NCBI GenBank assembly: GCA_964539505.1
Contig: CAZIJS010000003.1
Coordinates: 305 to 64,304 of the forward strand
Reading direction: 5' to 3'
DNA from: an uncultured Myxococcales bacterium
Lineage (GTDB): Bacteria; Myxococcota_A; Polyangia; HGW-17; SLPX01
DNA: 64,000 nt
A model generated the notes under the pieces. It searched no databases. It was not told the origin of the DNA and was given only the letters and a program-made list of their open reading frames with translations. The position numbers and the translations under genes were made by a program. Positions 45,373-55,980 of the stretch are shown piece by piece (position 1 is the stretch's first letter; every line of letters begins with the position of its first letter).

Positions 45373-45645
45373 CGCAGACCATCGCGTCCGGGCGCTGGGA
45401 ATCGCAGGGCCGGCGGTCGATGGGGAGAGCGGATCGTCACGACTCGGGAAGGGATTGTCACGGCTCGGGGGGGGAGAGATCGCCGCTTTGGCGGCCTGAA
45501 CGCAGTGGGGCTTGTGGCCCAGCCTCTTGGTACCATGCTACCAGCGATCGCCGCGCAGGTGCAGGCCGAGGAGGATTCCTCCGAGGTCGGCCGGGCAGGC
45601 CGATTGGAGACGACTTGCAGGCCTTGGAGATGACCTGGAAACTAG

Positions 45646-47169
<1,524 letters not shown>

Positions 47170-47198
47170 TCCTGTCCGACAGTTCGTGATTCTCGAAA

Positions 47199-47234
47199 GA
47201 ACGGCGACCAGAAGCGGTCGCCGTTCCTTTTGGG
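47199..47234 (+). terminator. Rho-independent terminator after gdhA
   Basis: An 11-bp GC-rich stem: gaacggcgacc (47199-47209) pairs with ggtcgccgttc (47216-47226). The loop is 6 nt. A short T-run, cttttggg, follows. The hairpin lies 30 nt after the stop codon. Confidence 0.65.
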
Positions 47235-47275
47235 ATGCTTGCTCCCGGCGCCCTTCGCTCGTATTGTCTTTCGTC

Positions 47276-49162
47276 ATGACGAAGACCTCCAGACAATCCC
47301 TTCAGTCAGGCCATGTCGAGGAAGTGGATCAGCAACACGGCATACGGAGACGATCCGCCCAGGACGAATGGCTCCCGGTCTGGGCCTGGGCCCTGCTCAT
47401 CGGATGCCTGGCCTTTTTGCTTGGCCTGCGCAGCCTTTCCTTCGGCTTTGCCTACGACGACTTCTGGACCATCCTGGACAATCACTATCTCCACAGCCCT
47501 TACGGTCTGGCCGGGCTCTTCGACAGGACCGCAGCGAGTCTGGGCGTTGCCGATGCAGGAAGGCCGGTCATGGTGGCGATCCATTGGTTCGAATGGCGCC
47601 TTTTCGGAGCTCGTTCCAGTCCCTATCATGTCGTGGACCTGCTCCTCCATGCGGCGACCACGGCCATGCTGTTTGCGGTCCTCGCGGAGTTGAGCGGCCG
47701 AAAGCTCCTGGCTGCCGCCGCCGCCCTGCTCTTTGCCGCGCATCCCCTCCATGCCGAGGTCTTTGCGGTCACCAGCTTTCGGGAAGACAGTCTGGTCACG
47801 TTTTTCGGTCTGGCCTGGTGGGCCGGTCTGTTGCTGGCCCGCCGATGGAGGGCTGCGGCCTCCACCCGTCGGGCCTGGGCCATCGAGGTCCTCTCGGCGG
47901 TACTTTTCGTCCTGGCCCTGGGCAGCAAGGAGTCTGGTGCGGCACTGCTCCCCGGGGTCTGGCTCGCCACGGCCGTTGCCCGCAGACAGGGCCCCTGGGC
48001 CGAGCTCAAAGCCGGCCGCTGGGGGTATGGCTCTGCCGCTTTTGCGCTGGCCGGCTTGCTCCTGTTTCGCCTCTGGAGTTTCGGGACACTGGCACCCTAT
48101 TCTGGGCCCCTCTATCCCCATCCCGGAGACCTGTGGCACCTGGGCCTTCTGTCTCGCCTGGGCCTTGCTGCCAAGGCCACGTTCCTTGGTCTGGGCCGGT
48201 TCCTTTGGCCCTTCCGTCTGGCCCCGGAGTATTGTCTCCTGTCGGTGCCCTCCAACCCGGCATCTGTGGCCTGGATCCTGGCAGGCCTCGCCCTGGCGGC
48301 CTTGCCGGTCTGGCTCTGGATGCGGGCTGTTTCCTCGCGGCGTCGAGCCGGTGTCGAGGGTCCGGACGTGGCCCTGATAGCCGCAGGGATGCTTTTCGCC
48401 CTGGCGACCTTTGCGCCCACGTCGAATCTCTTTTGGATGCCCAACACAGAGGCCGACAGGTTCTGGTACCTGCCCTCTGTGGGCCTGGTCCTGGCCCTGG
48501 CCGCGATCCTGTCCTGGGCCACGCGCCACCTGGCTGCCAGGGTCCGGTTCGGCCTGTCCACATTTCCGCAGGCCTGGCACCCCTCTCTTCGTCAATGGAT
48601 GGAGCCTTGGCTCGGTCGTCCGGGGGTCTGGTTCGTCCTGGTCCTGGCCCCGCTGGTTTTGATTCTGGCCGGGATCCTCATCGGGCATCTGCCGGTCTAT
48701 CGCAACGACCCGACCCTCTGGTCGGTTGCCTGGAAGCAGGCGCCATGCAGTCCCAGGGCCGCAGTAGGCCAGGCCACCGGCCTGCTGCATCGAGGGCGCA
48801 TCGAAGAGGCATCGCGTCTTGCACGCAAAGCCCTGGCCCTGCGGCCGGGATTTCCGCCGGCGCGGTTTCTCCTTGCCCGGATCGCAGAGGCTCAGGGCCA
48901 CTACGGCGAGGCGTTTCGCCTCTATCGCCGGGCCCTTCGGGCCGGATACTGGGAGCCATGGCGTTGTCATGTCGGCATGGCAGCGACCCTGTCCGCCCAG
49001 GGCCGCCTTGCCGCCGCCCGCCGGCAACTCGCCATGGCCCGGCTCCTGGCGCCCCACCAGGTCACGCCCAACCTGCTTTCTTTCGGTCTGGCCTGGCGGC
49101 AGGGAGATCCCATGTCGGCCGGCCTCTTCTTGGCCCGGGCCCTGGGAGCGCCATTTTTCTGA
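47276..49162 (+). CDS. Polytopic GT-C-type glycosyltransferase-like membrane protein with C-terminal TPR repeats (TMTC/PMT_2-like)
   Basis: About 11 hydrophobic helices. Loop-1 motif FGFAYDDFWTILDNHYL. C-terminal TPRs: ASRLARKALALRPGFPPARFLLARIAEAQGHYGEAFRLYRRAL. Confidence 0.7.
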   Translation: MTKTSRQSLQSGHVEEVDQQHGIRRRSAQDEWLPVWAWALLIGCLAFLLGLRSLSFGFAYDDFWTILDNHYLHSPYGLAGLFDRTAASLGVADAGRPVMVAIHWFEWRLFGARSSPYHVVDLLLHAATTAMLFAVLAELSGRKLLAAAAALLFAAHPLHAEVFAVTSFREDSLVTFFGLAWWAGLLLARRWRAAASTRRAWAIEVLSAVLFVLALGSKESGAALLPGVWLATAVARRQGPWAELKAGRWGYGSAAFALAGLLLFRLWSFGTLAPYSGPLYPHPGDLWHLGLLSRLGLAAKATFLGLGRFLWPFRLAPEYCLLSVPSNPASVAWILAGLALAALPVWLWMRAVSSRRRAGVEGPDVALIAAGMLFALATFAPTSNLFWMPNTEADRFWYLPSVGLVLALAAILSWATRHLAARVRFGLSTFPQAWHPSLRQWMEPWLGRPGVWFVLVLAPLVLILAGILIGHLPVYRNDPTLWSVAWKQAPCSPRAAVGQATGLLHRGRIEEASRLARKALALRPGFPPARFLLARIAEAQGHYGEAFRLYRRALRAGYWEPWRCHVGMAATLSAQGRLAAARRQLAMARLLAPHQVTPNLLSFGLAWRQGDPMSAGLFLARALGAPFF

Positions 49163-49243
49163 GTCATCGGATGCTTTCACCGCCCTTCGGCATCCTTCGG
49201 CACCCTCAGTACCCTTTCACTCGTATCCCGTCTTTGGATGTCC

Positions 49244-49858
49244 TCAGCCCTTTGTGAAGACGAGACTGTAGAAATCTTCGTAGAGGGGCAGTTGGTCTTC
49301 CAAAACGAGGCCCTGCTGCGTCATGGTGGAGATCACCTGCCCGGGCGCGAGGCGATGGTCTGTGGGCGGTCCGTGGAGTGCCTTGGCATCGGGATCCCAG
49401 TCGACCACCAGGATCCTGCCGTTGTCGCGCAGGATCCGGCGCACCTCCCGGGCAAAGGCATTCCTGTCGGCGACCTCATGGGTCAGGCTCATGGCCAGGG
49501 CCAGGTCGAAGGACTTTGGGGCCAGGGGCCAGGGCTGTTCGTCCAGGTCGTGGAGGACCATCGTGATCCGATCCTGCACACCTGCGCTCGTTGCACGTGC
49601 TTCGAAGGTCTGCAGCATTTCGGAGGAGACATCCAGGCCCGTGACCCGCGCCTCTGGGAGGTGCTGAAGAAGGGGCAGTGCGAAGTAGCCGGTGCCCACT
49701 CCGATGTCGACGATCTGTCTTGGCGCAACGAAAGTCGCCAGCTCCAAGATGGCCGAGGCCGGTTGGAACCGCTTTCGTTCCTCGCTGTGGAGCTTGTGTT
49801 TGTGGGCGGCACGGAAGCGCCGGTGGTTGTGTTGTTTGTGGTGCTCTTCGTCCATCAT
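49244..49858 (-). CDS. Class I SAM-dependent methyltransferase
   Basis: Motif I is IVDIGVGTGYFALPL, followed by VTGLDVS and ILVVDW. The leader is His/Lys-rich. Confidence 0.8.
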   Translation of the reverse strand: MMDEEHHKQHNHRRFRAAHKHKLHSEERKRFQPASAILELATFVAPRQIVDIGVGTGYFALPLLQHLPEARVTGLDVSSEMLQTFEARATSAGVQDRITMVLHDLDEQPWPLAPKSFDLALAMSLTHEVADRNAFAREVRRILRDNGRILVVDWDPDAKALHGPPTDHRLAPGQVISTMTQQGLVLEDQLPLYEDFYSLVFTKG

Positions 49859-50044
49859 GACCGTTTTTCCAGGTGAATGCGTCTCACTGGAAGATGCACC
49901 ATGTCCCGCCGATGGACAACCCCCCGGGCGAAACTTATTTCGCGATGCGCTGTGCCGTCTCCCCTTGGCGGGCCACCAGCCGCCGTCTACGGATCCAATG
50001 CGTGAAAAATGCAGAAAATAGGACAGACCGAGGCAGCGTCCAGG

Positions 50045-51763
50045 TCACTTGTCGCGACCTGGGATCCGGATCCCCTCCAGCCGAAACCGTCCCCGCACCG
50101 CTACGACCTGCGGGTTCACGAAGAGCTGGAGCTTCCAGCCCTTCATCTTGGCCGGATCGGTGGGTGACTGCCACGTCGGCGCGCTCCCGCCGTCCATGCC
50201 AGCCGAGACTTCCGTCGACTTGCCCGCAGTGTCCAGGAACTTCACCGTTTCTAGCTGCCCCAGGCGACCCCCCTTGTACGAGACGACCACGCCCCCCTCG
50301 CTCCCGCGCCGCGGCGTCACGACGAGGCCCATTTTCTTCAGGGTGGGGTGCGCGAGGGGCTTTCCCATCAGACCGGACAGGTTGTCGAAGGTGAGGGTCT
50401 CGCTCCCCCTGGACTCGTACATCACGAAGGTGCCCTCCAGCCTCGCGATGCCCTTGACCGAACCGGAAAGGCCATGGAGCGTAACAGGGAAGGAGAAGCC
50501 ATCCTTGTCGGTCATGCCAAACTGGCGGTCCCGTTGCGACAGCCACTTGGTCATCCGCAAGCTGGTGGAGATGGACTTGACCGGACGGCCCTGGTCGTCC
50601 ACCGCCTTCAGACCGGTGAGGTGCCCGTAGGCGACGGTCCGCGCCGGCACTGCGCCCACCACGGCCAGCTCCAGGCGCAAGGCGGGGCCGTCGTCGTTCA
50701 ACCAGCGCGCCTGTCGTACGCTGACACCGAGGTCGGGCAGCTTGTCGAACAGGTACAGTCGGACATAGCCAGAGCCCCCCTTCTGCGTGACCGCCAGGGT
50801 GCGGCCGTCGGGCGTGAAAGCGGGCGGGCCGGCATCGGCAGCGCCCGCAAGAGTGCTGACCACCTTTCCCGTGGCCACGCTGCGCAGCACGACGTGCTTG
50901 TCCCGGGTCCCCACCGCCAGCCACTGCCCGCTGGGATCGTAGACTGCCGGAGGACGGAGCGCGCCGCCGGCCTGCACGGGCTTCCAGTTCGCCGTGTCCA
51001 GGATCTGCGCCTGGCGCTCGCTGGCGACCGCCAGCCGCTTGCCGTCCCGTCGAAAGCTCAGCGACTCGACGTTGCCGTCGAGCACGGAGATCGTCTTGGC
51101 GAAGGCGCCCTTGGCGAGATCGAACAGGAAGATCTGGCGGTAGCCCCCCGCCACGATGCCCTTGGCGTCGGGCCGGAACGTCACCGACCAGAGCCCGTTG
51201 GCCTTGGGGCCCTTCACCGAATGGAGCAGCGCGCCCTTGCCCACATCGTAGACCAGCAGGGTCCCGTCCTCGCTCACTGCTGCGAGCTTCTTGCCCCGGG
51301 GCCCGAAGGCCAAACCCCGCACCGCCCCGGGGCTCTTGGGCAGGGTCGTGACCGAGTGCGTCTTGCGGTCGATGAGCCGTACCGGACCCTGCTCATAGCC
51401 GACCGCGAGCAGCTTCCCATCGGGGCTGGCAGCCAGGCAGCTCGTCTGCCCCTGCGTCTTCACGCGGCCCATTTCCTGTCCAGTGCCAGCCAGGAGCAGC
51501 GACACCTTGTCACTCGTCGAGGTGGCCACGACGGGCTGCACCGCTCCGCCCCCCGTCAAGAGAGCCAGGCCCGACAGGCTCGAGTCCAAATGATGCGACC
51601 AGGCCAGCCGCCACCTGGGCGTCGCTGGCGCGGGAAGCGGAGCGGCTTTCACATCCTTGGGAGCCTTGCCCGCCTCACCAGACTTGCCAGACTTGCCACA
51701 CCCTCCCGCCGATGCGGCGAGCAGGAGCAGGAGACCACAGGAGCAGAGAGCACATCTTTTCAT
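50045..51763 (-). CDS. WD40/PD40-like beta-propeller lipoprotein with a C-terminal domain of unknown function
   Basis: Lipobox LLAASAGGCG after MKRCALCSCG. Repeats have the form SPDGKLLAVGYEQGPVRLID, GKKLAAVSEDGTLLVYD, DGRTLAVTQKGG. The track ORF starts at 51805. Confidence 0.7.
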   Translation of the reverse strand: MKRCALCSCGLLLLLAASAGGCGKSGKSGEAGKAPKDVKAAPLPAPATPRWRLAWSHHLDSSLSGLALLTGGGAVQPVVATSTSDKVSLLLAGTGQEMGRVKTQGQTSCLAASPDGKLLAVGYEQGPVRLIDRKTHSVTTLPKSPGAVRGLAFGPRGKKLAAVSEDGTLLVYDVGKGALLHSVKGPKANGLWSVTFRPDAKGIVAGGYRQIFLFDLAKGAFAKTISVLDGNVESLSFRRDGKRLAVASERQAQILDTANWKPVQAGGALRPPAVYDPSGQWLAVGTRDKHVVLRSVATGKVVSTLAGAADAGPPAFTPDGRTLAVTQKGGSGYVRLYLFDKLPDLGVSVRQARWLNDDGPALRLELAVVGAVPARTVAYGHLTGLKAVDDQGRPVKSISTSLRMTKWLSQRDRQFGMTDKDGFSFPVTLHGLSGSVKGIARLEGTFVMYESRGSETLTFDNLSGLMGKPLAHPTLKKMGLVVTPRRGSEGGVVVSYKGGRLGQLETVKFLDTAGKSTEVSAGMDGGSAPTWQSPTDPAKMKGWKLQLFVNPQVVAVRGRFRLEGIRIPGRDK

Positions 51764-52424
51764 CGGAAAACCATCCTGACCCGGCAAAACCGGAAGAGAG
51801 CTCATTTGCTGTGCGGGGCGATACCTTCCGGCGCAGCAATGGGCGGATTAAAGACCTGCGCGTCGCCGGGGCCTTCTCCCCGAAGACATATGGCGTGCAG
51901 GCACTTCGTGTCATCTTACGCCGATTGCCCCGTGAGTCGTGCAAGGCGGTCTTGGTGGGGCAATTCCAAATCCAAGCGATGTGTAAGGCTACATCCGTCC
52001 GGCGATGGGTGTCAAGCCTGGCCGGCGCTGACGCTGAGCTCTTCGCGCTGTCCCTGGCGGCGGTCCGGCAGGCGCCCGGCGGGCGCCGACCAGCCGTGGC
52101 TTAAGATTTGGCCACTGTGGCGCCTTTCATCTCGCTAGTGGCCGTCAGGGGGCCCAACCTGGGGGAAACTTGTTGCAGCGCTTCGCAAATCCCACGGAGC
52201 CACAGGGCCCTATCGGCAGCGCGAATGGCTCGTCTTTGTGTCCTTTCCGATTGGGGGATGTGTCTGGTATTGACCGGACGTCAAGGTGGGGTCGGGCCAA
52301 GATGGTATGGGAAACTCACCAGGATTGCTTGACAGGGAGTAGCGGCCTTGGCAACCATGACGCAAGCTTAGATTCCGGGACGATTCGGCCGGCTCGACGG
52401 CTGGTCCTCGCACGAGGAGGGATC

Positions 52425-54707
52425 GTGTCCACGACAAAGTCCAGATCATCTCACAACAGAGATGTCCCGAGATATCGGCGGCAGGACGATCTGGATCCGG
52501 CGCGGGATGACTGGGGGGGGCTGACCCGGCCGCTCGGGGAAGGGGCCGAGGTGTCTCGTCTGGGCCATCCTCCCTGTAGCCGGGCCTGCCCCGTGGGGAC
52601 CAACGTCAAGGGGTACGTCACCGCCATTGCCGAGGGACGATTCGAAGAGGCCGAGTCCATTGCCAGGCAGGCCAATCCCATGGCCTCGGTCTGCGGGTAT
52701 ATCTGCTCTCGGCCCTGTGAGGCGGAATGCTCCCTGGCCGAGCAGGCGGGCCGGCCCGTTCCGGTGCGTGCTCTCAAGGCGTTCGTCTGCGATTTCGTCC
52801 GGGACCAGGGCCGGCTCTCTCCAGTCAGGCAGGCCGAATCGGACTGGGGCGCGGGGTTGTCGGTGGCAGTGGTGGGAGCGGGTCCTGCCGGGCTGAGTGC
52901 CGCCAGGGAACTGGCCAGGCTCGGGGCCCAGGTGACTGTCTTCGACGGCAGGAACCAGGCGGGGGGGCTGCTGGCCCGAGAGGTGCCAGCGTTCCGACTG
53001 GATCGGTCCGAGCTGGAACGGGACGTGGAAGAGATTCGTGCCTGGGGGGTGCGTTTCGAGTTGGGCCGGCTCCTTGGGGCCCGAGACCTGGAGCGGCTCT
53101 CCAGGGAACACGAGGCGGTCTTGTTGGCCACCGGGGCGCACCGGACGGTCCTGCCCGAGCCTTTCGGCCAGGGCTTTGTCCCGGCAGGCGTGGCGCCGGT
53201 TCTGGATTGTCTCGGGTCGGAAGAGCCCGTGAATTTTTTAGAGGGCGCGGCCAGGGTGCTGGTGGTGGGCGGGTCGCCTGCGGCCCTGGCAGCAGCCAGG
53301 ATCCTGGCAAGGGCCGGGCGGGACTGTGCCTTGCTGTTGCCGGGTGGGGAAGACGATGCTGCGGCAGACCAGGACGATCTCCTGGCTGCCCGGGCCGAGG
53401 GCGTGGAGGTGACAGAGCATATCGTTCCTGTGGGACTTCGCACCCTGGGCCGGCGCGTCGTGGGGCTGCTCTGTCGAGACGGCATGGCCGGGACTCAAAA
53501 CACCAGGGAGTTTGGCGCCGAGGCAATTTTGGTGGACGGGTTTCGTTGCAGCGCCTGGACCGCGGCGGATCTGCCAGACGGTCTGTCCTTGGGGCCGGCT
53601 GGCACCATCGCCGTGGACCACGAGACAGGAGCCACCAGTCGGCCAGGGTTTTTCGCGGCGGGCGAGGCGGCCCTGGGACCCAGGGGCGTCATCGGGGTGG
53701 TGGCTTCGGGCAAGCGGGCGGCCCAGGGGATTTTGTCGTCTCTGCGGCCGCAACATCCCGAGGCAGCGCGTTGGACCGGGACCGGGCCGGCCTGGCGGCA
53801 GGGCCCCGACGAGCAGGGGCTGCGGCTGTCGTTTCCCACGGAGGCTGCCGGTCGGGTGGGCCGACCGTCCTTGCCAGGGTCCGTGGGGCGGGATCCCGCC
53901 GGGGACGAAGCGGTTCGTTCCCTGGAACACGTTGCCGTCCAGGCAGCCAGGCAGTGCCTTCGGTGCGGTCGCTGCGAGGACTGTTGGACCTGTTCGAGCC
54001 ATTGCCCCGACATCCAGGCCGTGGCGCCCGACTCGCAGGGACGTGACCGGCTCGTCCGGCTGGATCGGCAGGTGGCGCAGACCACGGATGGGTTGGATGC
54101 TTCGGCCCTGTTGGCCCGGGTGGAGCCATCGGCCTGCACGGGCTGCGGCAGGTGCGAAGAGGCCTGTCCCTACCATGCCGTCAGGCTCTTTTTGAAAGAT
54201 GGCGCCGTGGTGGCCCAGGTGCAGGCATCGGCCTGTCGGGGCTGTGGTCGCTGCACCGCTGTCTGTCCCACTGCGGCCGTCACGGTCCCCTGGAGCGTCC
54301 AGGGTGGGGCCGCTGCGCCGGGTGCCGCGCCGGATATCGTGGTGTTCCACGCGAACGGTGGAGCCCTGGCTCATCCGGGTCTTGAACCAGTCTCTGGGAT
54401 CGAGAGCCGGTTCGTTCCCTGCACCGGGGCGTTGGCCTTGTCTGATGTCCTGGTTGCGCTGGAACGCAGCAGGCTGGGTGTGGCCCTGGTGGGTTGTGAG
54501 CACTGTCGGTTCCCTCATGAGCATATCGACTGTCCGGCCCAGGGTCTGGCCGAGAGGGTTTCCGGCCTGGTCGGGATCGCGGGCCTGGACAAGCAGGTGG
54601 CTTACTTCGAGGCGGGCAGTGGGCCTGACATGGCGCCGGTCCTGGCCGGGATACAAGATTCGTTCGCCCGAGCAGGGCGCGATTCCAACGGGGAGGTGCC
54701 TCGATGA
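52425..54707 (+). CDS. Multidomain iron-sulfur flavoprotein: GltD/NfnB-like NAD(P)H oxidoreductase + polyferredoxin + MvhD/FlpD-like domain
   Basis: In-frame GTG at 52425 behind GGAGGG. Motifs: CSRACPVGTNVKGY...NPMASVCGYICSRPCEAEC; VAVVGAGPAGLSAARELARLGAQVTVFDG; CLRCGRCEDCWTCSSHCP; CTGCGRCEEACP; CRGCGRCTAVCP; FVPCTGALALSDVLVALERSRLGVALVGCEHCRF. Confidence 0.8.
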   Translation: MSTTKSRSSHNRDVPRYRRQDDLDPARDDWGGLTRPLGEGAEVSRLGHPPCSRACPVGTNVKGYVTAIAEGRFEEAESIARQANPMASVCGYICSRPCEAECSLAEQAGRPVPVRALKAFVCDFVRDQGRLSPVRQAESDWGAGLSVAVVGAGPAGLSAARELARLGAQVTVFDGRNQAGGLLAREVPAFRLDRSELERDVEEIRAWGVRFELGRLLGARDLERLSREHEAVLLATGAHRTVLPEPFGQGFVPAGVAPVLDCLGSEEPVNFLEGAARVLVVGGSPAALAAARILARAGRDCALLLPGGEDDAAADQDDLLAARAEGVEVTEHIVPVGLRTLGRRVVGLLCRDGMAGTQNTREFGAEAILVDGFRCSAWTAADLPDGLSLGPAGTIAVDHETGATSRPGFFAAGEAALGPRGVIGVVASGKRAAQGILSSLRPQHPEAARWTGTGPAWRQGPDEQGLRLSFPTEAAGRVGRPSLPGSVGRDPAGDEAVRSLEHVAVQAARQCLRCGRCEDCWTCSSHCPDIQAVAPDSQGRDRLVRLDRQVAQTTDGLDASALLARVEPSACTGCGRCEEACPYHAVRLFLKDGAVVAQVQASACRGCGRCTAVCPTAAVTVPWSVQGGAAAPGAAPDIVVFHANGGALAHPGLEPVSGIESRFVPCTGALALSDVLVALERSRLGVALVGCEHCRFPHEHIDCPAQGLAERVSGLVGIAGLDKQVAYFEAGSGPDMAPVLAGIQDSFARAGRDSNGEVPR

Positions 54708-55978
54708 CCAGCAACCTTCCTACGGGGTCCCAGCAGAGAGTCTCGGACTGGCGCGCATTTGCTTCCCGGTTCGACCTGGACGGGATGCGCGCCGTCTTGA
54801 ACGAATCGGCCTGTCCTTTCGACGCGGAGGATGAGAAGTTTTCCGCAAGAGCCCTGCTGGATGCGGTCCAGGCCGGTGATCTTTCGGGCGACACACCACT
54901 CCACACGTTGTGGCATTGTCTGGGCTGTGGCGCCTGTACGCCTGGGGCCCAGTCACCAAGGGTCAGTTTTGCCGCGTTGGTGCTCCAGGCCAGGAGGCTG
55001 GTGGTGGCCCAGGGCGAGCCCAAGCCGGAACTGTTTCGCGGGGCGTTTGCCTCGCTTGGGCGCCTGGCGGATGCCTCGGGCGGTCTGCGCCCTCGTCGTC
55101 TCCTCGGCGAGCAGGTGCCGGTCTGGCCCCATGGGGAGACGGTGTTTTGGACGGGCCGGATGGGGCTGGCCGCGGCCTTGCTGGATGCAGCCCAGGCGGC
55201 CCGGGTCCAATCCGCCCTGGTCCGCAGTTTCCATGCCCTCGAACGGGCGGGCTTGAAGCCTGCGGTCCTCGACCCAGAGCCAATCCTGGATTTCGAGTCC
55301 GCCTGGTGGGGAGACCGAGACACCTTCTTGCGTCGCGCCGATCTGGTGGGCAGCCTGTTTAAGCGGCTGGATGTCAGTCGGGTGGTGACCGCCGATCCCA
55401 TCAGCAGTCTGCTTGTCCAATGGGCGGTGGAAGAGCGGGGGTTGGACGTTTCGGTGGAATCCTTCGTGGAGCGTTGGCGCCAGATGCTTGCGGGCCAGTC
55501 CATAGCAAATCAGTCCACAGCGGACCAGCCCAGAGCGGACCAGCCCAGGGTCGGATTCCAACGAGCCCGGTCTGTCGCGGGGGGCGAGCCGCTGGCGGTC
55601 CTTCCTGGTCCATTGGTCAACCTGAGTTTTCTTGCAACAGAGCCGGTGCTCGACTCCTGGAGTCCGCCGTCCCTGGATGACCTGGTCTGGGCGCTGGGCT
55701 ACGAGCCCAAGGTCCTTTTCGCCGAGGAGGCCCGCAGCCAGCCGGGCATGGCTTCTGTCGGGTTGCGGAGCCTGGCGCTGGTTTCGGCCAGGTCGGCGGC
55801 CCTTTGTCGGCGGCTGCTCCGGGAGGCGGACCGGGTCCATGCCAGAAAGGTGCTCGTGTCAGACCCCATGGCCTGGGCTGCGCTGATGGACGTGTCACGG
55901 ACCGGGACCTGGCGACAGGCCCTGGCCGGGCCGGTGCTTCCAGGGGAGTTGGTTCCCCTGGACGGGAGGGAGGGGTGA
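54704..55978 (+). CDS. HdrD/GlcF-like Fe-S subunit homolog with most cluster cysteines missing
   Basis: The ATG overlaps the upstream stop (ATGA). One partial ferredoxin motif (WHCLGCGACTP) plus an upstream ACPF. CCG-domain-like ends read VVTADPISSLL and VLVSDPMAWAAL, where Cys would be expected. There are only 5 Cys in 424 aa. Confidence 0.6.
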   Translation: MTSNLPTGSQQRVSDWRAFASRFDLDGMRAVLNESACPFDAEDEKFSARALLDAVQAGDLSGDTPLHTLWHCLGCGACTPGAQSPRVSFAALVLQARRLVVAQGEPKPELFRGAFASLGRLADASGGLRPRRLLGEQVPVWPHGETVFWTGRMGLAAALLDAAQAARVQSALVRSFHALERAGLKPAVLDPEPILDFESAWWGDRDTFLRRADLVGSLFKRLDVSRVVTADPISSLLVQWAVEERGLDVSVESFVERWRQMLAGQSIANQSTADQPRADQPRVGFQRARSVAGGEPLAVLPGPLVNLSFLATEPVLDSWSPPSLDDLVWALGYEPKVLFAEEARSQPGMASVGLRSLALVSARSAALCRRLLREADRVHARKVLVSDPMAWAALMDVSRTGTWRQALAGPVLPGELVPLDGREG

Positions 55979-55980
55979 CC

